Shown: positions 18,657 to 26,594, counted from the stretch's first letter. The stretch is DNA of 32,000 bases from Aeropyrum pernix K1 (GCF_000011125.1 NC_000854.2:180001-212000); one strand, 5' to 3'. Notes: a model not told the origin generated them from the sequence alone. A program made the numbers and translations.

Positions 18657-19091
18657 CTAGGGTACGACTTTTAGCCAAGGTATTCTCTTGAAGTCCTCAT
18701 CCAAGGTTGCTATTGTGTCTAGCTCGTGTTGTTTGCATGTTAATGCTATTAGTGCATCTGCTGGCATTAGGCCGTATTCTTCTATGAACTCGATTATTTC
18801 TCCCGGCTCAGCCATGAGCGGTAGTGTTGTGAAGAGCTTCAGTACAGGCCAGACTTCGCCCTTGATCATTTTTATGAGCCTCTCATCCCTCCTAGCTAGC
18901 AGCTTCCTTATTCTCCTAGCGCTTAATCCTGTTGCCAAGCGTAGGTAACCGTGTATAACCTCATCTATTACCAATGGATTAATGTAGCCGGTGATCTCAT
19001 GCCTCTCAACCTTCCTCATGAGATCTTTTGCTCTATCATCCTGGCCTGCAAGGAATGCTAGTATGATGCTAGTGTCCACGAATATCCTCAT
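18657..19091 (-). CDS. vapC: PIN-domain toxin VapC
   Basis: 144 aa with N-terminal MRIFVDTSIILAFL and C-terminal ...ADALIALTC...TLDEDF acidic residues typical of PIN. It overlaps the upstream antitoxin gene by 23 nt. Confidence 0.85.
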   Translation of the reverse strand: MRIFVDTSIILAFLAGQDDRAKDLMRKVERHEITGYINPLVIDEVIHGYLRLATGLSARRIRKLLARRDERLIKMIKGEVWPVLKLFTTLPLMAEPGEIIEFIEEYGLMPADALIALTCKQHELDTIATLDEDFKRIPWLKVVP

Positions 19092-19308
19092 CCTCTATCT
19101 CCTCTAGAACCTCTAGGAACTCTTTCTTATCGAGGTTTGGTCTGTGTTTTCTAGCGATGCCATAATATTTCTCGGCTATGGGCTCGCCCGGCTGTATTAT
19201 TACCTGAACCTCCTCGCCCTCCTGTAAATCCAGGGGCTCGAGAGGCTTTAGCACACCCTTCTCGTACTTTACCCGGATAACCTTCGACACGGTAGACACC
19301 ACTAGCAA
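19069..19308 (-). CDS. DUF104 (AF2212-like) antitoxin, VapB-type partner
   Basis: 79 aa. The KVIRVKYEKGVLKPLEPLDLQEGEEVQVII core is the DUF104 signature. It sits upstream of and overlaps the PIN gene. Confidence 0.8.
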   Translation of the reverse strand: MLVVSTVSKVIRVKYEKGVLKPLEPLDLQEGEEVQVIIQPGEPIAEKYYGIARKHRPNLDKKEFLEVLEEIEDEDIRGH

Positions 19309-19326
19309 TAGGATAGGATTGGGCCT

Positions 19327-20131
19327 CTAAGCTGTTACTTTATTTCTGAAGACAGTGTTGATTGGGCTTCCTTCAGGGTGTGGGGGTTCTAGGGTTCCTA
19401 GGTTGTGGTATGCTGCCTCCAACCTCCACCCCACGTTCTCAGCCATCTCTACTAGCTCTGTAAGAGTGTAGGTTCTTAGCGTATAGGTGAACTCGTCCAT
19501 GTAGAATAGGTCTTTGCCTAATTTCTTGTAGAAGACCCACCTGCTAGTGTGTATGGAGCGTATGGGGTCGAATACGGGATACCTGAGTGTGACGAACTCG
19601 GGGAATTCCCTCACGAATGGTTTAGGGCATCTACTACGGTGCTGGAGTATCTCCCGGCTCGTAGTGTTAGCTATCACCCACCAGTATACCGCCCGGCCTA
19701 ACTATATTCCTCACTCTCCTGAGTAATTCTAGGTCATAGTGGCGGCCTCTATAGCCTAGTAGAGTCGTCTAAGTTATGTATGCAGCATCAAATATTTGCC
19801 CGGTTAGCGTCTCATCTACTCTGTAGGCGTCTCCCACAATCGTGGTGAAGCCTTCTACACCCTCCTCCCTGGCCTTCTCCATCGCTCTAGCTATGAAGGG
19901 CTCCGAGAAGTCTAGTCATGTAACCCTGTAGCCTAGCTTTGCTAGTGGTATTGCCACCCTGCCGATTCCGCAGCCGGGCTCTAATATTGTGGAGCCTCGG
20001 GGGATGCCATGCTTCTCTAAGACTCTAGCCAGGTCCTCGGCTTCCCTCCTTCCCCTATCCCAGACACGCTCCATGATGGCCATGAATAGCTCGGCCTTCT
20101 CAACGAAAACCTCCCAAACCCAATCGTCCAT
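19327..20131 (-). pseudogene. Class I SAM-dependent methyltransferase, disrupted (at least 2 frameshifts plus 1 in-frame stop)
   Basis: N-terminal fragment 19916..20131 carries motif I (ILEPGCGIGRVAIPLAKLGYRVT). The middle part, in another frame (my translation), reads LDFSEPFIARAMEKAREEGVEGFTTIVGDAYRVD...AAYIT*...LELLRRVRNIVRPGGILV. The C-terminal fragment 19327..19677 is in a third frame. Confidence 0.75.
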
Positions 20132-20186
20132 AATAAAATCTCCCTCATGGGCTCTATCATGGCACTGCTAGGCTTTAACTTTATCA

Positions 20187-20291
20187 ATGTTGCATTATTA
20201 TCAGATTTACTGATCCAAGCCGATCTTCGTATCTGAGTGCATGTTGCATTCTATCATAAAGCAATGCAACGTGAGTATTTATAGCGTCGTT
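20187..20291 (+). repeat. Junction left arm, copy B
   Basis: ATGTTGCATTATTATCAG at 20187-20204 and ATGTTGCATTCTATCA at 20241-20256 are 54 nt apart. An inverted repeat GTTGCATT/AATGCAAC (20243-20250 / 20263-20270) and GTATTTATAGCG follow, directly abutting att copy B. Confidence 0.8.
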
Positions 20292-20336
20292 CTCCGGAGC
20301 CGGAGGTCCCGGGTTCAAATCCCGGCGGGCCCGCCA
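20292..20336 (+). repeat. att-like copy B: perfect 45-nt duplicate of the tRNA-Arg 3' half
   Basis: CTCCGGAGCCGGAGGTCCCGGGTTCAAATCCCGGCGGGCCCGCCA is identical to 18482-18526 (anticodon loop through CCA). Confidence 0.95.
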
Positions 20337-20446
20337 CAAACCACACAAAACTATCACAAAAACACCATAAAGAATATATCGATAACCGAGACCTCAGAAA
20401 GACGCCGATTATTTAGCTGGGCGGATTATCAGGAGTGATTCCATAA

Positions 20447-20655
20447 TTAATTTAGAATTAATATAGAAGGTTGGGGTATGACTTTTAGCCATGGTACTAT
20501 CTTGAAGTCTTCGTTGAATGTGAGTATTGTGTCTATTTCATAATGCTTGCAGGTTAGAGCTATTTGAGCGTCGTTAGGCAGGAGCTTATAGTTTAGGAGG
20601 GTTTTGGTGAATTCTTGATGCCTCTTAAACTCTATTAGTTTTGAAGGTTCATTAT
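20447..20655 (-). pseudogene. 5'-truncated vapC remnant (paralogue of 18657..19091)
   Basis: My translation is ...LLPNDAQIALTCKHYEIDTILTFNEDFKIVPWLKVIP, compared with LMPADALIALTCKQHELDTIATLDEDFKRIPWLKVVP* in the intact copy. The original stop is mutated and the N-terminal about 90 codons are missing. Confidence 0.7.
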
Positions 20656-20816
20656 TTCATAATGTTGAATGAATTGAACTCATATGAATCCTTGTATTGT
20701 GACTTTTTCGTTAAGAGTGCTTGAAGTATTATTTTATTTTTTAGATGATTCATAATGGAATGCTACTAGGTACATTAGAAGTTCCGCATACCCTTTCAGC
20801 TCCAAGATTATTTTAT

Positions 20817-21548
20817 CTATGGTCTCATCCTGTAGCCCCAGTAATTTTTGAATCCTCTCCTCACAGCTAGGTCTGTTCTGGGACCTAATGGGAATAGTGG
20901 GTGGACTTGCGCTATTGCTAGCTCCGCTGTCCAGGGCCCTACTCCTTTCAGCCTAGTTAGCTCTTTTACTATGCTGGAAAGCTCTTCCGCTTGTTCTATC
21001 TCTTCTACGCTGGGCAGTCTTCCCTCGTATTCGGTCATTGCTATGTTTTTGATGGCCTGGGCCTTCATCCTGGTGAGCCCTATTCTCCTTAGCCTGTCTA
21101 GTGATAAGCTGATTAATCTCTCAGGGTCGGGGAAGGAGTAGAAGACTTCTCTTCCGATGGACACGTGTTCTCCATACGATGTTATTAGGCGGGATTGTAT
21201 TCGTAATGCTGCTTTCAAGGCTATCCTCTGCTTAATGATTGAGTCTATGATGGCCTCGTAGAGTCTGAGCGAGCGCCCTGGCCTAAGCCCAGGATATTGT
21301 TTAGCTATTTCTAGGAGTTTAGGCCAGCCAGAGTTTCTCTAAGAACGTATTGTAATCAAAATCAGCTCTGACAGAATTAAGCGCAAGTCTAACAGCATCA
21401 GCAGGATCCTCCATGCTATTTGTATAAACTTCTATTCTGATCTCCGGTCTCCAGGGTTCACCGAGGAAATAGGATTTTACTGGCACCGTATCCCTATTGG
21501 GAAGCTTGTATAGCTTTCTACAACTCTTCTCGCCTGGCTCATATATCT
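20817..21548 (-). pseudogene. HhH-GPD DNA glycosylase (AlkA-like), apparently frameshifted
   Basis: Track ORF 20817..21218 contains LKGVGPWTAE plus the catalytic-Asp region (PRTDLAVRRGF). The same frame stays open upstream to about 21338 (WPKLLEIAKQYPGLRPGRSLRLYEAIIDSIIKQRI). The N-terminal domain (…EVYTNSMEDPADAVRLALNSVRADFDYNTFLEKLWLA*) is in another frame and ends at 21319-21321. Confidence 0.6.
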
Positions 21549-21691
21549 AGGGCATAGGAAGCCCAGGTATTGAAAACCTCTGGAGATGAAGAGTAAACCA
21601 GTAGGGAGGCTTAGGTTTATGAGTATATGAATAAAATGTGAGTGGGATTTCAACCACCTCCATGTACAAACCTATGGTATGGATCTTTGTG

Positions 21692-21928
21692 TTAAGGTAG
21701 GTACTTTTTGATTTTTGATGTTTTAAACGCCGTTATGATCATTATTCTATCCTGAAACTCCTTGTATATCGTAACTAGCACTTTATCGTTCAGTCTTTTT
21801 ATACATCGATACAAGCCCTCTAATTCTTCGATTTTGTCTGGTTCCCGTAAGCATTGTTCTACCTGTTCCCTTGTAATACCCCTCTGGCGGAGTCTCTCTA
21901 AGGCGTGTAGTGTGTAGAATATTTTCAA
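21692..21928 (-). CDS. DUF4258-family toxin-like protein
   Basis: 78 aa. The N-terminal HALERLRQRGITREQVEQCL is typical of DUF4258. There is a 4-nt overlap with the upstream DUF2283 gene. Confidence 0.7.
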   Translation of the reverse strand: MKIFYTLHALERLRQRGITREQVEQCLREPDKIEELEGLYRCIKRLNDKVLVTIYKEFQDRIMIITAFKTSKIKKYLP

Positions 21929-22152
21929 GCCTCAAGCACCATAGCCTCTGGACCCTCCGTCACTAGCCTGTGGAGATCGATCTTCTTCTTGGAAAATCCT
22001 AGTATCTCTATCCCTACAATCTCCCCATGCTCGTCATAATCTACAATAATTCCGGGTGCTATCTCTTCCGAGTCAACAATCCTACTCTCCTTAACCCTGA
22101 TATACAGGGCGTCACTTGAACGATCATACTTCAACCTTATTTCGCTAGGCAA
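21925..22152 (-). CDS. DUF2283-family antitoxin-like protein
   Basis: 75 aa with a TTG start. The pattern YDRSSDALYIRV...VDYDEHGEIVGIEIL is the DUF2283 signature. This is the usual partner of DUF4258. Confidence 0.7.
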   Translation of the reverse strand: MPSEIRLKYDRSSDALYIRVKESRIVDSEEIAPGIIVDYDEHGEIVGIEILGFSKKKIDLHRLVTEGPEAMVLEA

Positions 22153-22226
22153 TTCGAGCCTCCGTCTACTTTACTATTGCATTGATCACTCTTATTATTC
22201 TGTCATCACATCGATTAGGGTGCTTT

Positions 22227-22331
22227 ATGTTGCATTACTATCAGCAGTGATGAGTGGCAAAGAGAATCACTCACGAGTGCATGTTGCATCCTATCATGCA
22301 TTCATGCAACGTGGGTATTTATAGCGCGGGT
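22227..22331 (+). repeat. Junction left arm, copy C
   Basis: ATGTTGCATTACTATCAG at 22227-22244 and ATGTTGCATCCTATCA at 22281-22296 are again exactly 54 nt apart. GTTGCAT/ATGCAAC is an inverted repeat, followed by GTATTTATAGCG. The second motif lies 51 nt from the att start, as in copy B. Confidence 0.8.
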
Positions 22332-22380
22332 CTCTGGAGCCGGAGGTCCCGGGTCCCTAATCCCGCCGCGGGCCCGCCCC
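22332..22380 (+). repeat. att-like copy C (diverged tRNA-Arg 3' half)
   Basis: CTCTGGAGCCGGAGGTCCCGGGTCCCTAATCCCGCCGCGGGCCCGCCCC. The anticodon-arm and variable part are near-identical. The T-loop is replaced by TCCCTAATCCC, a variant shared with copies D and E. Confidence 0.8.
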
Positions 22381-22421
22381 AGAGGTTTTCGATATGTGAT
22401 AATCCTCCTTTCCTAATATTC

Positions 22422-22748
22422 TTACTTAACTTCTAGGGTTAGTTCAAGTCCTATTTCAAATATCTCATCTTTTAACTCTTCTTCGTAGGTAACGAATTCT
22501 ACCTTATTTTTCGCTTTATAGTCTGATACTCCCAAAATGGCTATCGCTGGAATGTGGAATTTATTTGCTAGGTGATAAACAATAGCCGTCTCCATATCTA
22601 TGCTTTCAGCATCCCTTTTAATGATATCATAAGTAAGCGAAAGCTTAGTTAGATGATTATCTGGTAGTATTACATTAAATCCATGTTTTTCGGCAATATT
22701 TAAAGCAGCCTTCTTCGAAGTATTATCTGCTATACCTTCAATGTCCAA
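22422..22748 (-). pseudogene. C-terminal fragment of a nucleoside phosphorylase-like (PNP_UDP_1) domain protein
   Basis: The block IDMETAIVYHLANKFHIPAIAILGVSDY matches the conserved DMEtAA....A....iP....rgvSD block. The frame is open without a start up to 22814. The N-terminal half of the fold is absent. The context is AT-rich. Confidence 0.5.
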
Positions 22749-23151
22749 GGCTTCTAGAGCGGCTCTAACAGGTATGGCTATAGTCTTATCTTCTGGGGGG
22801 AGGTTAGATGGCAGCTACCTAATTAAAGTTATATATCTTGGGTTCTTCACATATAAGAAGCTAACTAAGAATATCTAATGTCCTTGAAGTACCATAGGTA
22901 ACGGAATACCAGACTATCTTGTCATGGCGCCGGAATGCAAAACCTTGGCCTCTAATCTTTAAATACCTCTTTCTTCTATGGTAATGGCTGTATATGTCCC
23001 ATAGTCCTTCAAGCAATATAATATGAGGATTAGGCTTATCTCTGACTCTTAGATCTTGGGGGGAAATACTAGGCCTTGACAGCGTGAGGCTAATTATGTT
23101 TTTAGGGTGCCAGCATTATTCTCGCCGCGTACTTTACAGTTTCTAATTAGT

Positions 23152-23670
23152 TTAGGGATTTCTAGATTCACCCAGCTTTCTAAGGAATTCTTCAAGCGTT
23201 CTTCTAGATATCCAGAAGCCGCTCTCAATGAGCTTATCTATTATTGGCTTTGCCTTAGAGGTCAATCCCTTGTACTTGGCTAACGCTATTACACCCAGCG
23301 TACCCATTACCTGTAATCCTAGCTTCTTAGCTAGATTTCTAGCATCACGGTCGTCCATAAGTAGCAAGCCCGCATTGCGTTCAAAAGCTAGAACTATCGC
23401 TTCCGCCTCTCCCGTGTCCACAAACTCCTCGAAGAGAGACACTAGCCTCCTATCCACTACTTCCTCTACTCGTATAAAACCCGCTCTCACAACTTTCTCG
23501 CTGCCCGGCTTGCCTGCAACAGTAATTTCAGCCCAAACAGTTTCTGGAACGAGGACTTCACCGAAGAGCTTCTCCAGAAGGTCTAGACGACATACCCTGG
23601 CGAGCGCGATGATAATGCTTGAATTAGAGACTACGAGAAGCCTCTCTTCATCCTCATTACTTCTCTGCAA
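23152..23670 (-). CDS. PIN-like DUF3368-family toxin candidate
   Basis: 172 aa. VVSNSSIIIALARVCRLDLLEKLFGEVLVPETVWAEI plus GEAEAI and LLMDDRDAR is the DUF3368 pattern. It overlaps the UPF0175 gene by 14 nt. Confidence 0.75.
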   Translation of the reverse strand: MQRSNEDEERLLVVSNSSIIIALARVCRLDLLEKLFGEVLVPETVWAEITVAGKPGSEKVVRAGFIRVEEVVDRRLVSLFEEFVDTGEAEAIVLAFERNAGLLLMDDRDARNLAKKLGLQVMGTLGVIALAKYKGLTSKAKPIIDKLIESGFWISRRTLEEFLRKLGESRNP

Positions 23671-23926
23671 GCTTCTTGGCGACCTCCAAATCCTCCTTCA
23701 ACTCCTCCTCGCTATAGTGTAGCGGTATCCCTTCTCTGGCTAGTAGTTCTAGAAAATCCCATTTTGAGAGACCAGCAATCTTTCTAGCCTGGCCCAGGCT
23801 AGCTATACCCTTCTCGTAGAGCCTTAGTGCTAGCTCGATCCTAAGCCTCTTCTCAAGCTCGCCGGGAGGAACACGGAGGCCTTCAGGAACCTCGATAACA
23901 ATCCTTCTACTACCAATCCCAGCCAC
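23657..23926 (-). CDS. UPF0175-family antitoxin candidate
   Basis: 89 aa. LALRLYEKGIASLGQARKIAGLSKWDFLELLAREGIPLHYSEEELKEDLE is the UPF0175 HTH signature. This is the canonical partner of DUF3368. Confidence 0.8.
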   Translation of the reverse strand: MAGIGSRRIVIEVPEGLRVPPGELEKRLRIELALRLYEKGIASLGQARKIAGLSKWDFLELLAREGIPLHYSEEELKEDLEVAKKLAEK

Positions 23927-24079
23927 TTGAGTCCCCCACTAACACTTATACTGAGGAAATTATTAGCCTTAACAGCCCTAAGCTCGGCAGTCTCATGAAT
24001 TGCCTTACAGGACATAAATGTGTTGTAAATCGTCCCAGAATACCATCAAACCTTGGAACATCTCCTTATAAGTGCCAGC

Positions 24080-24126
24080 TTCCGGAGCCGCGGGGTCCCG
24101 GATCCCTAATCCCAGCGGGCCCGCCA
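24080..24126 (+). repeat. att-like copy D (diverged tRNA-Arg 3' half)
   Basis: TTCCGGAGCCGCGGGGTCCCGGATCCCTAATCCCAGCGGGCCCGCCA, followed by a right arm (CAAAACTAT...GAATGTATCGATTACCGAGACC). The left arm here is only weakly conserved. Confidence 0.7.
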
Positions 24127-24279
24127 CAAAACTATTTATATCATCATTAACCTACACTTAGAATGTATCGATTACCGAGACCATAAGATGAAGCCGACCA
24201 TCTCTCAAGTACGAAAATTCCATATGCTTCGATGAGTTATGTGTCTAAGCAATGCAATTTATTATTAATTTATATTGAA

Positions 24280-24756
24280 TTAGTTTACGGGAACTCTCAA
24301 GTCGGAAGGTGTGTATAGAATTACACCGTAGGCTTTAAGGCAGTTCTCAATGTAATCGTTCTTGTTCCAGGTTAAAAGGATCACATTCTTATACTTTTCG
24401 GATAGGTGTAGTGCTAGTGCTGCAAAGTCAGCGTCAGCGAGATCTTTAACGCATTCTCCGGCTTTCTCCATATAAGCGTTATAAGTCCCTTTCTCGACCA
24501 TGTTTACGTTTAATAATAGGATTCTGATAGCAGCTCGCAATTCTTCTACTGAGACCTTCTTTCTTTTGGCTAGTTCTTCCAGGTGCTCGTCTATTTCGTG
24601 TAGTGCCTTCTCTGATGTGAAGGCTTTTATGCCGAGGACGTCTATGAGATATATTACAACCTGTCTAGTATAGCTTCCATGTCTAAGCACGGATGCTAGG
24701 ATGATGTTTGTATCAAGAACTAGCGCCTCGCCATCCTTCTCCTCATCCTTATCCAT
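24280..24756 (-). CDS. PIN-domain toxin
   Basis: 158 aa with LVLDTNIILASVL and DADFAALALHL acidic motifs. It overlaps the upstream small gene by 37 nt. Confidence 0.75.
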   Translation of the reverse strand: MDKDEEKDGEALVLDTNIILASVLRHGSYTRQVVIYLIDVLGIKAFTSEKALHEIDEHLEELAKRKKVSVEELRAAIRILLLNVNMVEKGTYNAYMEKAGECVKDLADADFAALALHLSEKYKNVILLTWNKNDYIENCLKAYGVILYTPSDLRVPVN

Positions 24757-24920
24757 TCTAGGTCATCCTCTTCAAGGCCGTGCTTTGACAGGATTTCCTC
24801 TAGGAGAGCTAGCTTAACGGCTGCCCTGGCTATTGCGTCTTCCCCCAAACCCCTTTTGCGGGCCTCCTCAACAATCCACCTCGGGAGGCGAACGCGTACT
24901 ACGGCATCCTCAGTACTCAA
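24720..24920 (-). CDS. Putative antitoxin of the adjacent PIN gene
   Basis: 66 aa with a TTG start. The pattern ...LPRWIVEEARKRGLGEDAIARAAVKLALLEEILSK... resembles archaeal VapB-type partners. Assignment is mainly positional. Confidence 0.5.
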   Translation of the reverse strand: MSTEDAVVRVRLPRWIVEEARKRGLGEDAIARAAVKLALLEEILSKHGLEEDDLEWIRMRRRMARR

Positions 24921-24998
24921 ACCTAAACCACCAACTGAGGAAAAGCAAATTCCAAGATTAATAGTTTCTCGGCTGCATAGTTACCCTAAAACCATAGT

Positions 24999-25100
24999 AT
25001 GTTACATTATTATCAAGATTGAAAATCACGTCAGAACATCAACCATAATGCATGTCGCATTCCTCCATGAACCGTGCAACCAGAGTATTTAAGTGTCAGC
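24999..25100 (+). repeat. Junction left arm, copy E (diverged)
   Basis: ATGTTACATTATTATCAA at 24999-25016 and ATGTCGCATTCCTCCA at 25052-25067 are 53 nt apart. GTGCAAC and GTATTTAAGTG follow, abutting att copy E. Confidence 0.65.
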
Positions 25101-25148
25101 CTCAGGAGCCGGAGGTCCAGGGTCCCTAATCCCGCCGCGGGCCCGCCA
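25101..25148 (+). repeat. att-like copy E (diverged tRNA-Arg 3' half)
   Basis: CTCAGGAGCCGGAGGTCCAGGGTCCCTAATCCCGCCGCGGGCCCGCCA. The right arm retains AAAATATATTGATAGCCGAGGAC. Confidence 0.75.
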
Positions 25149-25300
25149 CGACATTAGCAAAACTGCCAAAAACGTCTAGAAAATATATTGATAGCCGAGG
25201 ACGCAAAACAAGACCGAGCTCGTCTCGAATGTGATAGTATGGAGTGATCTAACATATACTAATCTATAACTCTTCGAAAGGTCTTGAATACGTTTCTTAC

Positions 25301-25759
25301 CTATTTACAGCCCATATATTTCATTAGCTCCTCTAATTCATTATTACTTAGGATATAGAATGATTTGATTCCTGCTTTTCTAGCATTCTGCGCCTGTACT
25401 TTATCGCTTGTCGCCACAGGCAGATTTAGGGTCTTTGCCAGTCCAAGATAATAAGAGTCTGCCCCCCTCGACCCAGTTGCTAGCGCTATTTCAACGGCTA
25501 TCCTGAAATATGCTTCATCGCCAACTAGGATTACCTTACTGCTAAAAGCATCAAGTACTCGCTCTACGATAGAGGGTGCCAGGTATCTCACCAGGACGCC
25601 AGCAACCTCTACTAGGAACAGGCGTGGTGCGTAAACGCTTATACTGTGGCGTTCAATGCATTCCACCACTTTCTCAGCTATCTGAGCCCGGGCTTTATCT
25701 TTAGCGGCAAACAAGTCTGCAGCAAGGGATGCATCTACTACTAAACCGCCCTTATGCAA
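25301..25759 (-). CDS. vapC: PIN-domain toxin VapC
   Basis: 152 aa with LVVDASLAADLF, ...ADSYYLGLA... and ...VATSD. There is an 8-nt overlap with the DUF104 gene. Confidence 0.8.
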   Translation of the reverse strand: MHKGGLVVDASLAADLFAAKDKARAQIAEKVVECIERHSISVYAPRLFLVEVAGVLVRYLAPSIVERVLDAFSSKVILVGDEAYFRIAVEIALATGSRGADSYYLGLAKTLNLPVATSDKVQAQNARKAGIKSFYILSNNELEELMKYMGCK

Positions 25760-25979
25760 GCCTACTCCTCTCTCTAGACAAAATCTCGCTTGGCTCCTCC
25801 CTCTCTTGAGACAACCTACGCCTTATCCTTCTGGCTAACTCTGCGAGATTCTCCCTTATAATAATATCAACCTCTTCACCATCCTCAAGATTAACGGGCT
25901 CAAGAGGCTTCAGCACGCCCTTCTCATATCTAACCCTAATAACTTTAGACATCCCTATCTCCACCCTCCTTAACTCCAT
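25752..25979 (-). CDS. DUF104 (AF2212-like) antitoxin
   Basis: 75 aa. The KVIRVRYEKGVLKPLEPVNLEDGEEVDIII core is present. A TATA-like ATATTTA lies about 28 nt upstream of the ATG, inside the left-arm motif of copy F. Confidence 0.85.
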   Translation of the reverse strand: MELRRVEIGMSKVIRVRYEKGVLKPLEPVNLEDGEEVDIIIRENLAELARRIRRRLSQEREEPSEILSRERSRLA

Positions 25980-26007
25980 ACAGAGACTCTAAGCCTTTAC
26001 CCTAAAT

Positions 26008-26113
26008 ATGTCGCGTTATTATCCAATATGATACGAAGCCCGGATTATCACATTAGCTGGTGTGTTCCATTCTACAATGCACATATGCAACACAGTTATT
26101 TATATAGCGCCTT
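26008..26113 (+). repeat. Junction left arm, copy F (diverged)
   Basis: ATGTCGCGTTATTATCCA at 26008-26025 and GTGTTCCATTCTACA at 26062-26076 are followed by ATGCAAC and GTTATTTATATAGCG, abutting att copy F. Confidence 0.6.
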
Positions 26114-26161
26114 CTCTGGAGCCGCGGGCCCCTGGGGTTCAAACCCGCGGCGGGCCCGCGA
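26114..26161 (+). repeat. att-like copy F (diverged tRNA-Arg 3' half)
   Basis: CTCTGGAGCCGCGGGCCCCTGGGGTTCAAACCCGCGGCGGGCCCGCGA retains a TTCAAA-type T-loop. Confidence 0.7.
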
Positions 26162-26318
26162 CAAAACTATCTATACCATCATTAACCTATGCTTAATACT
26201 CAACCACCTCTTCCCTGGTATACACACCTGTCCCTCCAAAAGCCAGATCGAACCTCCTCCGGAGGAGCTTCTCTATCGACTGGATTATCTCAACATGGTT
26301 CTCACCCTTAAACGCCAT
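26114..26318 (-). pseudogene. Decayed N-terminal fragment of an SSV-type (tRNA-targeting) integrase reading through att copy F
   Basis: My translation from the ATG at 26318 is MAFKGENHVEIIQSIEKLLRRRFDLAFGGTGVYTREEVVEY*A*VNDGIDSFVAGPPRV*TPGARGS. The VAGPP...PG..GS part is the antisense reading of the tRNA half, in the same frame as the 41-codon ORF. Three in-frame stops are present. Confidence 0.45.
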
Positions 26319-26594
26319 AATCTCAGCAGCGGAATGGTCAGGGTTGCCTTGGAGGGGGGATTGTCAATAGTGGGTATAGACATGGAGGGGGATCTCAGGT
26401 AGGGTGAGAGGGTGTGGTAATAGTGTGAATCCCGTTCCTGCCAGGTATCCAACTGAGGCGCATCCGGCTGCTTCGAGGAGCTGTCTCCCGAGGCTCCTCT
26501 CCCTGTACGTCTTCTTTATGGGGCCATCTGCCTTTTCCACGCCTTCCGGATCTTATCGTGAGGCGACGAAAAGTAAAGACCTAGATAAAGTAAT

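Noticed and set aside
20241-20438. Plus-strand ORFs crossing the junctions (20241..20438, 22254..22436, 24856..25092, 26028..26402, 29511..29723).
   Set aside because: Each simply reads through the left arm, att copy and right arm. The peptides are not conserved between copies in the plus frame and contain the tRNA-half sequence.
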